Both the position numbers and the translations under genes were made by a program. The notes under the pieces were generated by a model. It was not told where the DNA came from. It searched no databases and was given only the letters and a program-made list of their open reading frames with translations. Positions 1 to 14,704 of a stretch of DNA of 32,000 nt are shown one piece after another. Location of the stretch: assembly GCF_000012285.1 (NCBI RefSeq), contig NC_007181.1, forward strand, positions 60,001 through 92,000, given 5' to 3'. The DNA is from Sulfolobus acidocaldarius DSM 639. Its GTDB lineage: Archaea; Thermoproteota; Thermoprotei_A; Sulfolobales; Sulfolobaceae. Each line of letters opens with the position of its first letter. Within the stretch, counting starts at the first letter, position 1.

Positions 1-356
1 TCCACTAAGTCTTCTGCGTAAACAACTTTCAATTTACTCATGTCAACTCCAAATCCTTCAAGTACTTCTAATGCGTATTTACCCGCAAGTTTTATTTTCT
101 CTAGATCTCCTCCAAGCTTATCATTTATCATCGCATGCCAAGTTGCCACGAGAATTGACATGTCTACTCCGGCTTTGATTAAGTCTTTCAGTTTCTGAGC
201 CCAAATAAGCCAACCGATGTGAAATAAGCCACTTGGTTCAAAGCCTATATAACCCTTTAATTTACTGTTCTCTTCTAACTTTTTTTTCAGTTCATCTATA
301 GTTATTACTTCATCAGTATTTCTAGTAATTAATTTAATTTTTTCATCTATGTTCAA
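1..356 (-). CDS. tyrS: Tyrosyl-tRNA synthetase, N-terminal part (gene runs off the left edge)
   Basis: Reverse-strand translation from a TTG at 356 gives MNIDEKIKLITRNTDEVITIDELKKKLEENSKLKGYIGFEPSGLFHIGWLIWAQKLKDLIKAGVDMSILVATWHAMINDKLGGDLEKIKLAGKYALEVLEGFGVD, typical of archaeal class I TyrRS (GFEPSG.FHIGW). No stop before window position 1. Confidence 0.85.
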   Translation of the reverse strand, partial: MNIDEKIKLITRNTDEVITIDELKKKLEENSKLKGYIGFEPSGLFHIGWLIWAQKLKDLIKAGVDMSILVATWHAMINDKLGGDLEKIKLAGKYALEVLEGFGVDMSKLKVVYAEDLV

Positions 357-400
357 ATAAGCATCCCCTTAAAAAATGAAGGCATAACAAATAAAAAACC

Positions 401-751
401 CTATTCATCGATTATTTGCTTCAAGAATATTACAATCGGGTGCGATTTACCAAGTTTTTCTTCTAGATCATATACGATCAAATCTACATCAATTTCGTTC
501 TGAATAATTTTCTCGACTAAAGCCTCTGTAAACTTGTAGAAATTAAAAAATTCCTTCTCATCCATCTCCTCTTCGTCATCATCAGTAAACGCAAATTTCA
601 CCTGATTATTAGTTTTACTCAATTCAGAAACGTCAATTCTAGTGCTAGTATTAATGATAGATTTTAGATACTCATCAACTATTTTTTCTACACATGACGA
701 GTTATTGCAATATCCTAACTTTTCGAAAATAGAGAAGTAAGCGGGTGGCAT
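401..751 (-). CDS. Small acidic hypothetical protein
   Basis: 116 aa ORF between tyrS and the YjbQ-family gene, same strand; contains the acidic stretch DDDEEEMDEKEF. Confidence 0.7.
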   Translation of the reverse strand: MPPAYFSIFEKLGYCNNSSCVEKIVDEYLKSIINTSTRIDVSELSKTNNQVKFAFTDDDEEEMDEKEFFNFYKFTEALVEKIIQNEIDVDLIVYDLEEKLGKSHPIVIFLKQIIDE

Positions 752-796
752 TCTGGTAACCCACTAATATTTACATACTAAGTAGTAAAAAAGCTA

Positions 797-1201
797 TTAT
801 TCTCCGATACCCTTTACTAATATACTCCTAGTTCTTGGTCCATCAAATTCTAAAAGAATGACCCTTTGCCACGTCCCTAAATCTAATTCTCCATTGGTTA
901 TTGGCAAGACCCTGGAGTTCCCAATTATGGAGGAAATAATGTGTGCATGTCCATTATTGTCAATGTTATTATGTTCAAATGTGCCATCAGGTGGAACAAG
1001 TTTCTTACCCCATTCAAGATAATCCTTCATTAAACCACTTTCAGCCTCATTAACGATTAATGCACATGTAGTATGTTTCACAAAAACATATACCACCCCA
1101 TCTTTGATTCCCTTAATGTTTTCCCTTATGTGTTCTGTTATGTCTATACTTTCAAACCTAGATTTAGTTCTAACATTAAACTCATGAGTAACTATCTTCA
1201 T
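797..1201 (-). CDS. YjbQ/UPF0047 family protein
   Basis: ORF track starts at 1237, but MKIVTHEFNVRTKSRFESIDITEHI (ATG at 1201) fits the family N-terminus better and removes the overlap with the divergent gene. Conserved VFVKHTTCALIVNEAESGLMKDY and NGHAHIISSIIG...LGTWQRVILLEFDGPRTR. Confidence 0.85.
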   Translation of the reverse strand: MKIVTHEFNVRTKSRFESIDITEHIRENIKGIKDGVVYVFVKHTTCALIVNEAESGLMKDYLEWGKKLVPPDGTFEHNNIDNNGHAHIISSIIGNSRVLPITNGELDLGTWQRVILLEFDGPRTRSILVKGIGE

Positions 1202-1235
1202 AAGCTTATAATATGTAAGGAAATTATTATATTTC

Positions 1236-2510
1236 ATGGATCTTGAAGGGATTGCTAGAAAATTAATTCCTGATCTAGAGAGCGCTAGACGGAAAATAGA
1301 GGAGGAGATCTCGTTCTACAAGGATAACAGGTATCCTTTCATAAAGGAATTGGTAGACGCAGTAGTTGAAGAGGCAAGGAGATCCCTTGAGGCAGAAAAT
1401 AAAGATAAATTACTTAAGTATCCCGTTACGGGAGTCAGAGCAGGAGAAGCAGGTCTTGGTTCTAGGGGTATAGGTGATCATATAGTTCACGAAAAAATAC
1501 TTCAACTTAGTAAACTAGGGGTATATGAAGACGCAAGAGTCACAGAAGAGGGGATACTTGCCTCAATAGACGGTATCCATTCTAGGCTTTCGTATTTCCC
1601 TTTTCTTGCTGGCTTTCATGCAACGAGAGCATCGTTAAGAGATGTTATGGTGAAAGGTGGAAGACCAATAGGGATACTCATCGACATACATTTATCTGAT
1701 GATAGTGATGTAGGGATGTTATTGGACTTTGAGGCCGGTGTATTATCAGTTGCAGAGTCGCTTAATGTGCCTATTCTCTCGGGTAGTACACTAAGAATTG
1801 GGGGAGATCTTGTAATAGGTGAGAGAATTAGTGGAGGAGTTGGTGCGATAGGTGTGATACATAAAAAGTACTTTGGAAGGAACTCGATTAAGCAGAATAT
1901 GGATATTGTAATGACAGAGGGATCTGGAGGAGGAACGATTGCTACAACTGCAATATATAATGGGTATTACGACGTGGTAAGAGAGACTATTTCTATTAAA
2001 GATCTGATTACCTGTAAAATAGTTTCTGAGGAAATGTATGATTTAGTAGATAGTATGACTGACGTTACAAATGGCGGTATAAGGGCTACTGCAAATGAGT
2101 TGCCTGAAAACTTATCATTAGCCATAAACACAGAATCTTTTCTGAGGCTGATAAACAGAAAAGTGTTAAATATGCTTAATGAACTGCAGATAGATGTTTT
2201 CGGGCTATCTATAGACTCTATACTCATCTTCACTGATATAGGTAATGAAGTTGTAAGTAAATTAAAAAGCAAAGGTATTAATGCGGAGATAATTGGAAAA
2301 GTAGTTCAAAGACAAGATTCGCCATTAATTACTAGTGAAGGTAAACCTCTAATCATGAATTTCAGAGAGTCTGCTTATACACCAGTTAAAAGAGTTATAG
2401 GTAATTATTCTCCTTTGTCTATTGGTGATATTAGGAAAGCTTTGGAAACATCCTTTGAGCAGGTGAAGGATAAGATGGAAAAAGTATTGAAAACTTTAAA
2501 AGCGAGTTAA
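1236..2510 (+). CDS. AIR synthase-related (PurM/HypE/ThiL superfamily) protein
   Basis: 424 aa ORF with GLGSRGIGDHIVHEKIL, DVMVKGGRPIGILIDIHLSDDSDVGMLLDFEAGV and DSMTDVTNGGIRATANEL, PurM-superfamily-like motifs. Confidence 0.8.
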   Translation: MDLEGIARKLIPDLESARRKIEEEISFYKDNRYPFIKELVDAVVEEARRSLEAENKDKLLKYPVTGVRAGEAGLGSRGIGDHIVHEKILQLSKLGVYEDARVTEEGILASIDGIHSRLSYFPFLAGFHATRASLRDVMVKGGRPIGILIDIHLSDDSDVGMLLDFEAGVLSVAESLNVPILSGSTLRIGGDLVIGERISGGVGAIGVIHKKYFGRNSIKQNMDIVMTEGSGGGTIATTAIYNGYYDVVRETISIKDLITCKIVSEEMYDLVDSMTDVTNGGIRATANELPENLSLAINTESFLRLINRKVLNMLNELQIDVFGLSIDSILIFTDIGNEVVSKLKSKGINAEIIGKVVQRQDSPLITSEGKPLIMNFRESAYTPVKRVIGNYSPLSIGDIRKALETSFEQVKDKMEKVLKTLKAS

Positions 2511-2536
2511 TAGTTTAGGTTTACAAGTAGATATTT

Positions 2537-3049
2537 ATGTCTCAACAGCAGTTCAAGTACATAGTAAGGCTCTTTGGTCAAGACGTAGATGGAACTATGA
2601 AGCTTCCTTATGCCTTAGCCATGATTAAGGGTATAGGGTATAATACTGCTATGATAATTATTCGTAAATTGAATCTTGATAAGGATAAACGATTAGGTGA
2701 AATATCAGACGAGGACATAAAGAAGATTGAGAATTTGTTAAACAACAAAATTATTCCGGAAAGCCCTAACTGGATCTATAACAGACAGAAGGATTACGAG
2801 TCAGGAGCCGATATGCATTTGGTGACCTCTGATTTGATCTTTTACGTTAGAAATGATATTGAGAGGGAGAGGAGAAGTAGGAGCTGGAGAGGTGTGAGAC
2901 ATAGTTTAGGTCTCAAGGTCAGAGGTCAGAGAACTAGAACTACTGGAAGAACTGGTGCCACCATAGGTGTAAGAAGAGCAAAAGCTGGTCAGCCTCAACA
3001 GCAGGCAAAGCCAGCTGGACCCGCAGAGGGTGGAGAAGCAAAGAAATAA
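2537..3049 (+). CDS. rps13: Small ribosomal subunit protein uS13
   Basis: 170 aa; [33 protein letters not shown]...[31 protein letters not shown] is the uS13 signature. Confidence 0.98.
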
Positions 3050-3066
3050 ACTCTTAGGTGATTTAG

Positions 3067-3979
<913 letters not shown>

Positions 3980-3987
3980 CGTGTTAA

Positions 3988-4784
<797 letters not shown>

Positions 4785-4785
<1 letters not shown>

Positions 4786-5141
4786 TGTCTCGTGGTAGTA
4801 CTAACATAATGTTAAGAAAGTTGATTACTTCATTGAAAAAACAAGATAAGGCTATATGGGTTAGAGTGGCTGAGGAGCTAGAGGCTCCAAGAAGAAAGAG
4901 GGCTTACATTAACATTTATAAAATCAATAGGTATAGTAAGGCAAATGATATAATTGTGGTACCCGGAAAGGTATTAGGAGTAGGAAACCTTGATCATCCA
5001 GTGACAGTAGTGGCACTCTCGTTCTCCAAACCGGCTAAGGAGAAGATATTAAGAAGTGGAGGTAAGGTTATGAGTTTGTATAAGGCTATACAGGAGTTAA
5101 ATGATTTTAAAGGTAAAACTGTGAGGTTGATGAAGCAATGA
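4785..5141 (+). CDS. rpl18e: Large ribosomal subunit protein eL18
   Basis: [30 protein letters not shown]; position in the archaeal rps13-rpo3-rpl18e-rpl13 operon. Confidence 0.97.
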
Positions 5142-5584
5142 GTAGTCAGGAAGAGATAGTTATTGTAGACGCAACAAACCAAATATTAGGAAGAATGTCA
5201 ACCCACATAGCTAAGTTATTGAAGTCAGGTAAGAAGGTCTATGTGGTGAATGCTGAAAAAGCGATAATAAGTGGTCCTAGATCTAGGGTTCTAGAGGGCT
5301 ACTCCCTTCTATTTACTGTAAAGACTATGCAAAATCCTTACAGGCAAGGAATTAGAAGACCCAGAAATCCAATAAACATAGTGAAGAGAACAGTGAGAGG
5401 GATGCTTCCTAAAAATAAATTAGGAAAGCAAATTTACAGGAATCTCAAAGCATATATCGGAATTCCTAAAGAACTGGAAGGTAAATCTATGATTAGATTT
5501 GACGATGCTGATGTTAGTAGGTTAAAAGGTAAATATATAACTGTTGCAGAGTTATCAAGATTATTAGGTGGGTTAAAGCAATGA
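5138..5584 (+). CDS. rpl13: Large ribosomal subunit protein uL13
   Basis: [39 protein letters not shown]...[27 protein letters not shown]. Confidence 0.97.
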   Translation: MSSQEEIVIVDATNQILGRMSTHIAKLLKSGKKVYVVNAEKAIISGPRSRVLEGYSLLFTVKTMQNPYRQGIRRPRNPINIVKRTVRGMLPKNKLGKQIYRNLKAYIGIPKELEGKSMIRFDDADVSRLKGKYITVAELSRLLGGLKQ

Positions 5585-5997
5585 GTCAGGCTGAACAGAA
5601 TTTTATGATTACTTATGCGAGAAGGAAGTCTGCTAGAGCAAGTTGTTACATCAAACCTGGTAATGGGAAAGTTTTCGTGAACGATATTCCAATTGAAATT
5701 ATACCAATTGAGGTAGTTAGATATAAAATAATGGAACCTTTGGTCTTGGCTGGAGACAAGATAACCTCTTCCATAGAAGCTAGAATATACACACAAGGAG
5801 GAGGTATAATGGGTCAAGCTGATGCTGCTAGAATGGCACTAGCTAGAGCATTGGTCAAATTTACGAATAGTAAGGAACTTGTAGAGATCTATAAGTCATA
5901 TGACAGAACTATGCTAGCTGGAGACCCAAGGCAGACTGAGTCTGAAAAGTGGATGAGATATAGTGCTAGAAGATGGAGACAGAAAGCGTACAGGTGA
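5581..5997 (+). CDS. rps9: Small ribosomal subunit protein uS9
   Basis: YARRKSARASCYIKPGNGKVFVND...GGGIMGQADAARMALARALVKF...DPRQTESEKWMRYSARRWRQKAYR. Confidence 0.98.
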   Translation: MSQAEQNFMITYARRKSARASCYIKPGNGKVFVNDIPIEIIPIEVVRYKIMEPLVLAGDKITSSIEARIYTQGGGIMGQADAARMALARALVKFTNSKELVEIYKSYDRTMLAGDPRQTESEKWMRYSARRWRQKAYR

Positions 5998-6003
5998 AAC
6001 TTC

Positions 6004-6204
6004 TTGATTATTCCGATTAGATGTTTTACATGTGGTGCAGTCGTGGCAGATAAGTGGGAGCCATTTAGTAATAGGGTAATGGGTGGAGAGGATCCTGAGA
6101 AAGTGCTAACTGAGCTTGGTGTAAATAGATATTGTTGTAGAAGGATGCTTTTATCCCACGTTAATATTATAAGGGAAATTATACATTATACTAGACCAAT
6201 TTAG
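6004..6204 (+). CDS. rpoN: DNA-directed RNA polymerase subunit Rpo10 (N)
   Basis: 66 aa [18 protein letters not shown]...[18 protein letters not shown]; zinc-binding CxxC/CCRR motif. Confidence 0.98.
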
Positions 6205-6213
6205 GTGATTTAA

Positions 6214-6891
6214 ATGTCGGAGAAGGAGAGAGGAACAGAATTAAGTGAGGAGGAGAAGGCTGAGCTTCAAAAGACAGAGAAAGGGACAGTAATAGAATTA
6301 TTAGTTCCGTTGGACACTTATTTATCTGCAGGAGTTCACATAGGTACTCACACATGTACTCGATATATGGAAAGGTTTATCTATAGGGTAAGACCTGAGG
6401 GACTTTATGTACTTGATGTTAGAAAAATAGATGAGCGACTAAGAGTGGCAGCCAAGTTTATTTCTAGGTTCAGACCTGAGGCTGTTTTAACGGTTGCTTC
6501 CAGACCATATGCCTTTACCCCTGTTCAAAAATTTAGTGAAGTCGTAAGGGGTAAGGAAATTAGTGGTAGATTCCCTCCTGGAACTTTGACAAATCCTTAT
6601 CTAGATAATTACATAGAACCTGAAGTATTGATAGTAACAGATCCTAGGACAGATTTGCAAGCAATAAAGGAAGCTTCTAAAGTTGGTATACCAATAGTAG
6701 CATTCACAGATACTGATGCAAGAGTAGATTTTATTGACGTAATAATTCCTGCCAACAACAAGGGTAGAAAGTCTTTAGCATTATTGTATTGGGTTCTCGC
6801 TAGGCAGATTCTGCGAGAAAGGAAAGAGATACCTTTGGATGGTGATATACCTTTAAGGGTTGAGGATTTTGAGACGAGGCTAACAGAATGA
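6214..6891 (+). CDS. rps2: Small ribosomal subunit protein uS2
   Basis: [41 protein letters not shown]...[11 protein letters not shown]...PGTLTNP...[13 protein letters not shown]. Confidence 0.97.
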
Positions 6892-7731
6892 TAAGAATCC
6901 CTGCAGTTGCAGGTTCTTTCTATGAGGCAGATCCTGTTAGGTTAAGAAAACAAATAGAATGGTCCTTTTTGCATGATCTGGGTCCAAAAAGTTTACCCTC
7001 TGTTCCTCAAAATAAGCCTCCACAGAGAAGTAATAGATTTTTCGTAGTTCCTCATGCAGGTTATATGTATAGTGGTCCTGTAGCTGCTCATGCATACTAC
7101 CATCTCTCTTTAGAAGGTTCTCCAGATACAGTTATTATTTTGGGACCTAATCACACTGGTTTAGGTTCATATGTTTCAATATGGCACAAGGGTAAGTGGA
7201 AAACTCCGCTGGGAGAAGTGTCAGTAGATGATGAAATATCACTTGAATTAGTGAAATTAACTGAGATTATTGATATTGACGAGAGGGCTCATCTATATGA
7301 GCATTCAATAGAGGTTCAAATCCCATTTCTTCAATATTTATTTGGTCAAAACTTTAAGATTGTTCCCATAGTTATAATGATGCAAACACCAGATGTTGCT
7401 GAAAGTTTAGCTGAGGGCATTTATAAGCTGGTATCATCAGGTAAGAAGGACATTGTAGTTTTAGCCAGTAGTGACCTCAATCATTATGAGCCACATGATA
7501 AAACTATTGAAAAGGATAACTTAGCAATAGATGAAATTCAAAAGCTAGACTATAAGGGGTTATTTAGGGTGGTAGAGGAGAAGGATGTTACTGCATGTGG
7601 TTATGGTCCTATAATGACTGTCCTGATATTAGCTAAAAAACTTGGAAAGAAACCATACGTATTAAGGCATGCCACTTCAGGTGACACATCTGGAGATAAA
7701 TCCTCTGTTGTAGGTTATCTTTCAGTGAGGT

Positions 7732-7742
<11 letters not shown>
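6888..7742 (+). CDS. MEMO1 family protein
   Basis: [23 protein letters not shown]...[19 protein letters not shown]...[10 protein letters not shown]...[15 protein letters not shown]...[15 protein letters not shown]. Confidence 0.93.
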
Positions 7743-10487
<2,745 letters not shown>

Positions 10488-10488
<1 letters not shown>

Positions 10489-11474
10489 TGCTCGTATCCC
10501 TGCTTGGTATTCTTCTCTCGGTAATTGTAGGTTTTGTGGTTACATTAATATCAACTAAATGGGTAATTGGGCTCTGCAAGAAAAGGGGTTTTACAGGGAA
10601 GGACATAAATAAATTGACTAAGGATGATGTTCCTGTACTTGGCGGTATAGGAATTGTGGCTGGCTTTGTGGCTGGGTCTTTTACCTTTTTATTAACCTCT
10701 TATAATCTTTCTCCTGGAATAGAAAACGTGGTTGTGTCTATATTATTATCATCATTGATTATAGGTTTTCTTGGTCTACTTGATGACATTTTCAACATAA
10801 GCCAGGCTACTAGGGCATTTCTTCCAATATTTGCCTCAATTCCTCTGATATTATATAGTGTTGGTCATACGATAATTTCAATCCCTTTTCTGGGTAAGGT
10901 AAACTTCGGAATATTATTTTATATTATAATACTCCCTGCAACATTAACTATAACTGCAAATGCCTTCAACATGCTTGAAGGACTTAACGGTTTAGGGGCA
11001 GGAATGGGTCTAATTATGGCTCTAGCTTTAGCATACATAGGGTTAAAATCTGGAGGTACATCATTTTACGCCGGTATCGTATCTATTATCCTAGCGTCAG
11101 TACTCTTTGGTTTTCTAATATTCAATTTCTATCCGGCTAAAACTTTTCCAGGAAATATAGGTACTTATTTTATTGGATCTGTTATCGGTTCAATTGGAAT
11201 TTCAGGATACATGTATACTGCCCTATTCTTCTTGTATCTACCATATGTAATTGAGTTTGTTTTAAAGGCTAAAACTAGGTTTAAGGGAGTCTCGTTCGGA
11301 AAAATTGACGATCAAGGTTACCTCCATTGGGACTCTAAGCCAAATTCATTAACACATATAGTTATGAGGATTGGAAAATTTAAGGAATATCATATCGTCC
11401 TCATAATTTGGGGAATAGAGATACTGTTTGCAATTTTAGCAGTAGTGTTTCAAACGGTTACGATAACCATCTAA
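10488..11474 (+). CDS. aglH: Dolichyl-phosphate GlcNAc-1-phosphotransferase-like protein (GPT/MraY family; AglH)
   Basis: Multi-TM protein with DDVPVLGGIGIVAG, FLGLLDDIFNI, ANAFNMLEGLNGLGAG, FYPAKTFPGNIGTYFIG, typical of polyprenyl-P HexNAc-1-P transferases. Confidence 0.85.
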
Positions 11475-11518
11475 TGATATACAATATTTTTATTTTCGTG
11501 ATAAAATACAATTTCCCC

Positions 11519-12148
11519 GTGTTTAAAGTGAAGGGCGTAATATTTGATCTAGATGGAACCCTTGCAAATACAGCACTTATTCACAAGGAGGCTTGGGAGA
11601 AAGCCCTTGATAGACTTGGTATAAAGAGTGACGTGAAAATTGATAACTTACTTGGAAGGAAAAGTAGTGATATAGCTAAACTATTGGCTCCTAATAATTG
11701 GAGCGAATTAATTAACATAAAAAATCAAATTTATGTAGAACTAGTTAAGGAGAAAGCTTCTCCAACACCCTGTGCTTTGGATCTATTATCCTACTTGAGA
11801 AAGAAAGAAATAAAGACAGCCATAGTTACATCTTCAAATAAACTTTCCTCAGGTAGTGTTTTAAAGAAATTGGGTATTACCAGTGAGGTAGTTCTTACGG
11901 GCGATGATGTAATTAACAGTAAGCCAAATCCAGAAGGGATAAATAAAGCCTTAAGTTTACTCTATTTGGACGGAAGAGACGTGATAGGTGTTGGAGATAC
12001 AGAGGTGGACGTAGAGGCATATTATAAAGCTGGTCTAGGAGGTATATATCTTGTAAAATCTGGTGTTCCTTTTAGGGAAGAAGTAGTCAAAATGTATGGT
12101 GGGATTGTTATCTCATCTTTATGTGAACTATTAGAGTTAATCTCTTAA
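11519..12148 (+). CDS. HAD family hydrolase (phosphoglycolate phosphatase-like)
   Basis: GVIFDLDGTLANTALIHKEAWEKAL...AIVTSSNKL...SKPNPEGINKAL...VIGVGDTEVDVEAYYKAG. Likely start is GTG 11519 or 11528, not the track's 11408, which lies inside aglH. Confidence 0.88.
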   Translation: MFKVKGVIFDLDGTLANTALIHKEAWEKALDRLGIKSDVKIDNLLGRKSSDIAKLLAPNNWSELINIKNQIYVELVKEKASPTPCALDLLSYLRKKEIKTAIVTSSNKLSSGSVLKKLGITSEVVLTGDDVINSKPNPEGINKALSLLYLDGRDVIGVGDTEVDVEAYYKAGLGGIYLVKSGVPFREEVVKMYGGIVISSLCELLELIS

Positions 12149-12149
12149 T

Positions 12150-12159
12150 TTTATATAAT
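12150..12159 (+). promoter_or_regulatory. Putative TATA box for the SRP RNA
   Basis: tttatataat immediately after the HAD stop codon and upstream of the 7S RNA GGTCAG terminus. Confidence 0.5.
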
Positions 12160-12170
12160 GATTATTATAT

Positions 12171-12475
12171 GGTCAGGTAGGGTGGAGGGTCTCGCCAGCC
12201 CTTATACCCACATGGCGCAACGTGGGCACCAGTAACTCCTATGCTATAATACCTGCTCTTCGAGATCCCAGTCTAACTATGATCATCGCCCGACGGGGCG
12301 AGATAGTCGTGGGTTCCCTTTCTGGAGGGAGAGGGAATTCCACGTTGACCGGGGGAACCGGCCAGGCCCGGAAGGGAGCAACCGTGCCCGGCTATCCGCG
12401 TTCGTCGGTCTCCGATAGGAGGAAGACTGGGGGTAAATCTCGGGGAGTAAGGGTTATGGCATAGGGGAGCTGACC
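12171..12475 (+). ncRNA. ffs: Archaeal signal recognition particle (7S) RNA
   Basis: Termini complementary (GGTCAG 12171-12176 / CTGACC 12470-12475). Helix 8 SRP54-binding signature GGCCAGGCCCGGAAGGGAGCAACCGTGCCCGG; GC-rich in an AT-rich genome. Exact ends approximate. Confidence 0.93.
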
Positions 12476-12569
12476 ATTTATTTTATGGTAATAGTTTATT
12501 TGGTTCATGTTCATTTACTATGTCAAATTTTCCTTTGTGACTCAAATTACAATTATAAGATAATATTCA

Positions 12570-12657
12570 TGGCGCCGGGGGCGGGATTTGAACCCGCGCG
12601 GGGTGGGACCCCAGAGGCTTAGCAGGCCTCCGCCCTACCGAGCTAGGCGACCCCGGC
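12570..12657 (-). tRNA. tRNA-Ser (anticodon GCT), CCA encoded
   Basis: Reverse strand GCCGGGGTCGCCTAGCTCGGTAGGGCGGAGGCCTGCTAAGCCTCTGGGGTCCCACCCCGCGCGGGTTCAAATCCCGCCCCCGGCGCCA: acceptor GCCGGGG/CCCCGGC, anticodon stem GAGGC-CTGCTAA-GCCTC, long variable arm, T loop TTCAAAT. Confidence 0.95.
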
Positions 12658-12934
12658 AATAAGTACTTGATATTATAAATTATCAAGGTTATAAGTGTTT
12701 TCTCTTATGTCTCTAATTTAGATCAGCCTACTCTTCTAACTAATGTTATCCTGGTGAACATAAAGGTGTGATTCAAAGACTCTAATTTGTAATAATCATC
12801 ATTTATGAAATCTAATCAGTTATGAAAATTTATAAATAATTATTTTTTGAAATAAACTCAGTTAATACTGTTTTCATCAAATTTATTAAAAAAAGTTATT
12901 AAGCCCCTTCCACTGATCATATTTTAGATATAGT

Positions 12935-14701
12935 ATGTCTATGACATTTAGGAATATTATAGTAACTTTATTCCAGTTGGACAAGGACTGGACCACAAGA
13001 ATAGTATCCTCTATGCTCATTTTAGGTGTGGTCTGGGGCGCATTAGGTGTTATAGATGGACTAATGGTAAGAATACAAGAGTCTGCATGGGGCATATATG
13101 GTTTCCTCCCCTTCACGCCACAGGAATACTTCGCGGGAATAACTCTACATGCAGAAAGAACATTGTTTGGGTTTGCCCAACAAATTATCTTTGCAATTAT
13201 TATATATCTCGTGATAAAGCTAATGGGGATACAGCCTAGATTGAAATGGTTGCTAAATACTGCGTTTGTTCTTCTAAATATATCAATGATGCTTATGGAG
13301 GGTCCTATACTTATTTATCCTTCTCAAGCCTTTGATAATTACTTTTCGGCAACCATCTGGTATTATCTATCACCAATAGGGATTCCTGGCTACTCGCTTT
13401 ATGTAGTTTCTCCGCTATTTTTTATTGGTTGGATCCTTAATGACGCCTTCGTATACTTGGCTGGTTTTTGGATTGCCTACCACATGTATATAGGTACTAG
13501 AAATCTTAAAGAAAAACTTCCAGTCCCCTTACTCTTCTTCTTAGTAGACATATTAATATTTATGATAGGATATACGGGAGTTACAGCCTCAGATGTATGG
13601 GATATATTATCTTTCTTTGGTGTAGTTCCAATGAATGCTCTTCTGAATCAAATAGCATTCTGGATATTTGGTCACTCTGTGGTTTATATGTTATGGTTGC
13701 CAGCAGTAGCTGCACTATATCTTCTAATTCCCATGTTGGCCAACAAGCCCTTATTTAGTGACAGGATGGCTCGCATATCTGCAATATTATATCTAGTATT
13801 TTCTAACAATGTTCCAATTCATCATATGTATACTATTAATTTGCCTGTAGAACTAAAGTTTGTTCAAGAGGCTCTGACTTATGGTGTTGTAATTCCCAGT
13901 TTCATGACATTCTTAAACTTGTGGGCAACAGCAAAAGGGGCGGATGTTAAATGGAATATAATTACTGCATTTACAGTTACAAGTTTCGCTGGTGCAATTC
14001 TAGCTGGAGTTACTGGTATTGCTAATGCAACTGTCTCATTTGATTTCATAGTAAACAACAGTATGTGGGTTGTAGCCCATTTCCATCAAATGATTTTACT
14101 AAGTATTGTACCTGGCGCAATGGCTGTACTTTACGTATTGATACCAATGATTTCAGGTAAAATGTGGTATTCTAGTAAAATGGCTTGGTTCCATTTCTGG
14201 GGTTATATAGTTGGTGTGGTTATCCTTACTGTATCTTTTGAATTATTAGGTTTTTACGGGATAACAAGAAGGGCAGAAATAGTTCCTAGAGCGGGAGGGA
14301 TACCCCTTGCAGAGAATTTGGCTACTGCAGGTGCAGCAATAGCCGATATTGCCACGTTAGGATGGTTCATTAACGTTATACTTACAATTGCCAAGGGAAG
14401 TCAAGTAAGTTTGGAGGGTTTGTCGTTAGGTCAGATCGTTGGCACTGTTTCTATGCAACTAGATTGGGGTTCAATATCTTTGCTTAAGGATAAAATTCCT
14501 AGAATTAGAAAAGGTCTATCAGCTTCATTAGTCTTGGCAATTTTGGGCGCATTGATGATAGTCTCTAGCTCTATAATCTTAGCATCAGCAGGTGATGCGA
14601 CTTCTCCTACTGACCCACTTGAGTGGTTATGGTTAGCTGTCTTCACACTGGGGATAGTCATGGTTGCGGTGAACGCTTTTCGTCTCTTTAAGGGTTTATG
14701 A
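12935..14701 (+). CDS. doxB: Terminal quinol oxidase subunit I, DoxB-type heme-copper oxidase
   Basis: 588 aa, about 12 TM; [66 protein letters not shown]. Confidence 0.9.
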   Translation: MSMTFRNIIVTLFQLDKDWTTRIVSSMLILGVVWGALGVIDGLMVRIQESAWGIYGFLPFTPQEYFAGITLHAERTLFGFAQQIIFAIIIYLVIKLMGIQPRLKWLLNTAFVLLNISMMLMEGPILIYPSQAFDNYFSATIWYYLSPIGIPGYSLYVVSPLFFIGWILNDAFVYLAGFWIAYHMYIGTRNLKEKLPVPLLFFLVDILIFMIGYTGVTASDVWDILSFFGVVPMNALLNQIAFWIFGHSVVYMLWLPAVAALYLLIPMLANKPLFSDRMARISAILYLVFSNNVPIHHMYTINLPVELKFVQEALTYGVVIPSFMTFLNLWATAKGADVKWNIITAFTVTSFAGAILAGVTGIANATVSFDFIVNNSMWVVAHFHQMILLSIVPGAMAVLYVLIPMISGKMWYSSKMAWFHFWGYIVGVVILTVSFELLGFYGITRRAEIVPRAGGIPLAENLATAGAAIADIATLGWFINVILTIAKGSQVSLEGLSLGQIVGTVSMQLDWGSISLLKDKIPRIRKGLSASLVLAILGALMIVSSSIILASAGDATSPTDPLEWLWLAVFTLGIVMVAVNAFRLFKGL

Positions 14702-14704
14702 GGG

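Noticed and set aside
1967-2272. 101 aa minus-strand ORF
   Set aside because: Shadow ORF inside the well-supported PurM-like gene; same applies to minus ORFs 3565-3840, 4994-5182, 5434-5817 and 7947-8210 within ribosomal and other real genes.
11408-11518. N-terminal extension of the HAD ORF (MGNRDTVCNFSSSVSNGYD...)
   Set aside because: Overlaps aglH and has no HAD similarity; the GTG at 11519 or 11528 is a better start.
12222-12464. 80 aa ORF MGTSNSYAIIPALRD...
   Set aside because: Lies entirely inside the SRP 7S RNA; low-complexity Gly/Arg composition from GC-rich structured RNA.
12705-12840. Possible minus-strand C/D sRNA (AAATGATGAT ... CTGA) in the tRNA-doxB gap
   Set aside because: Box spacing of about 69 nt and no D'/C' pair; too weak compared with the 26094-26143 candidate.
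12886-13116. 76 aa minus ORF over the doxB start
   Set aside because: Antisense to a conserved oxidase subunit; no own support. Same for 14431-14661.
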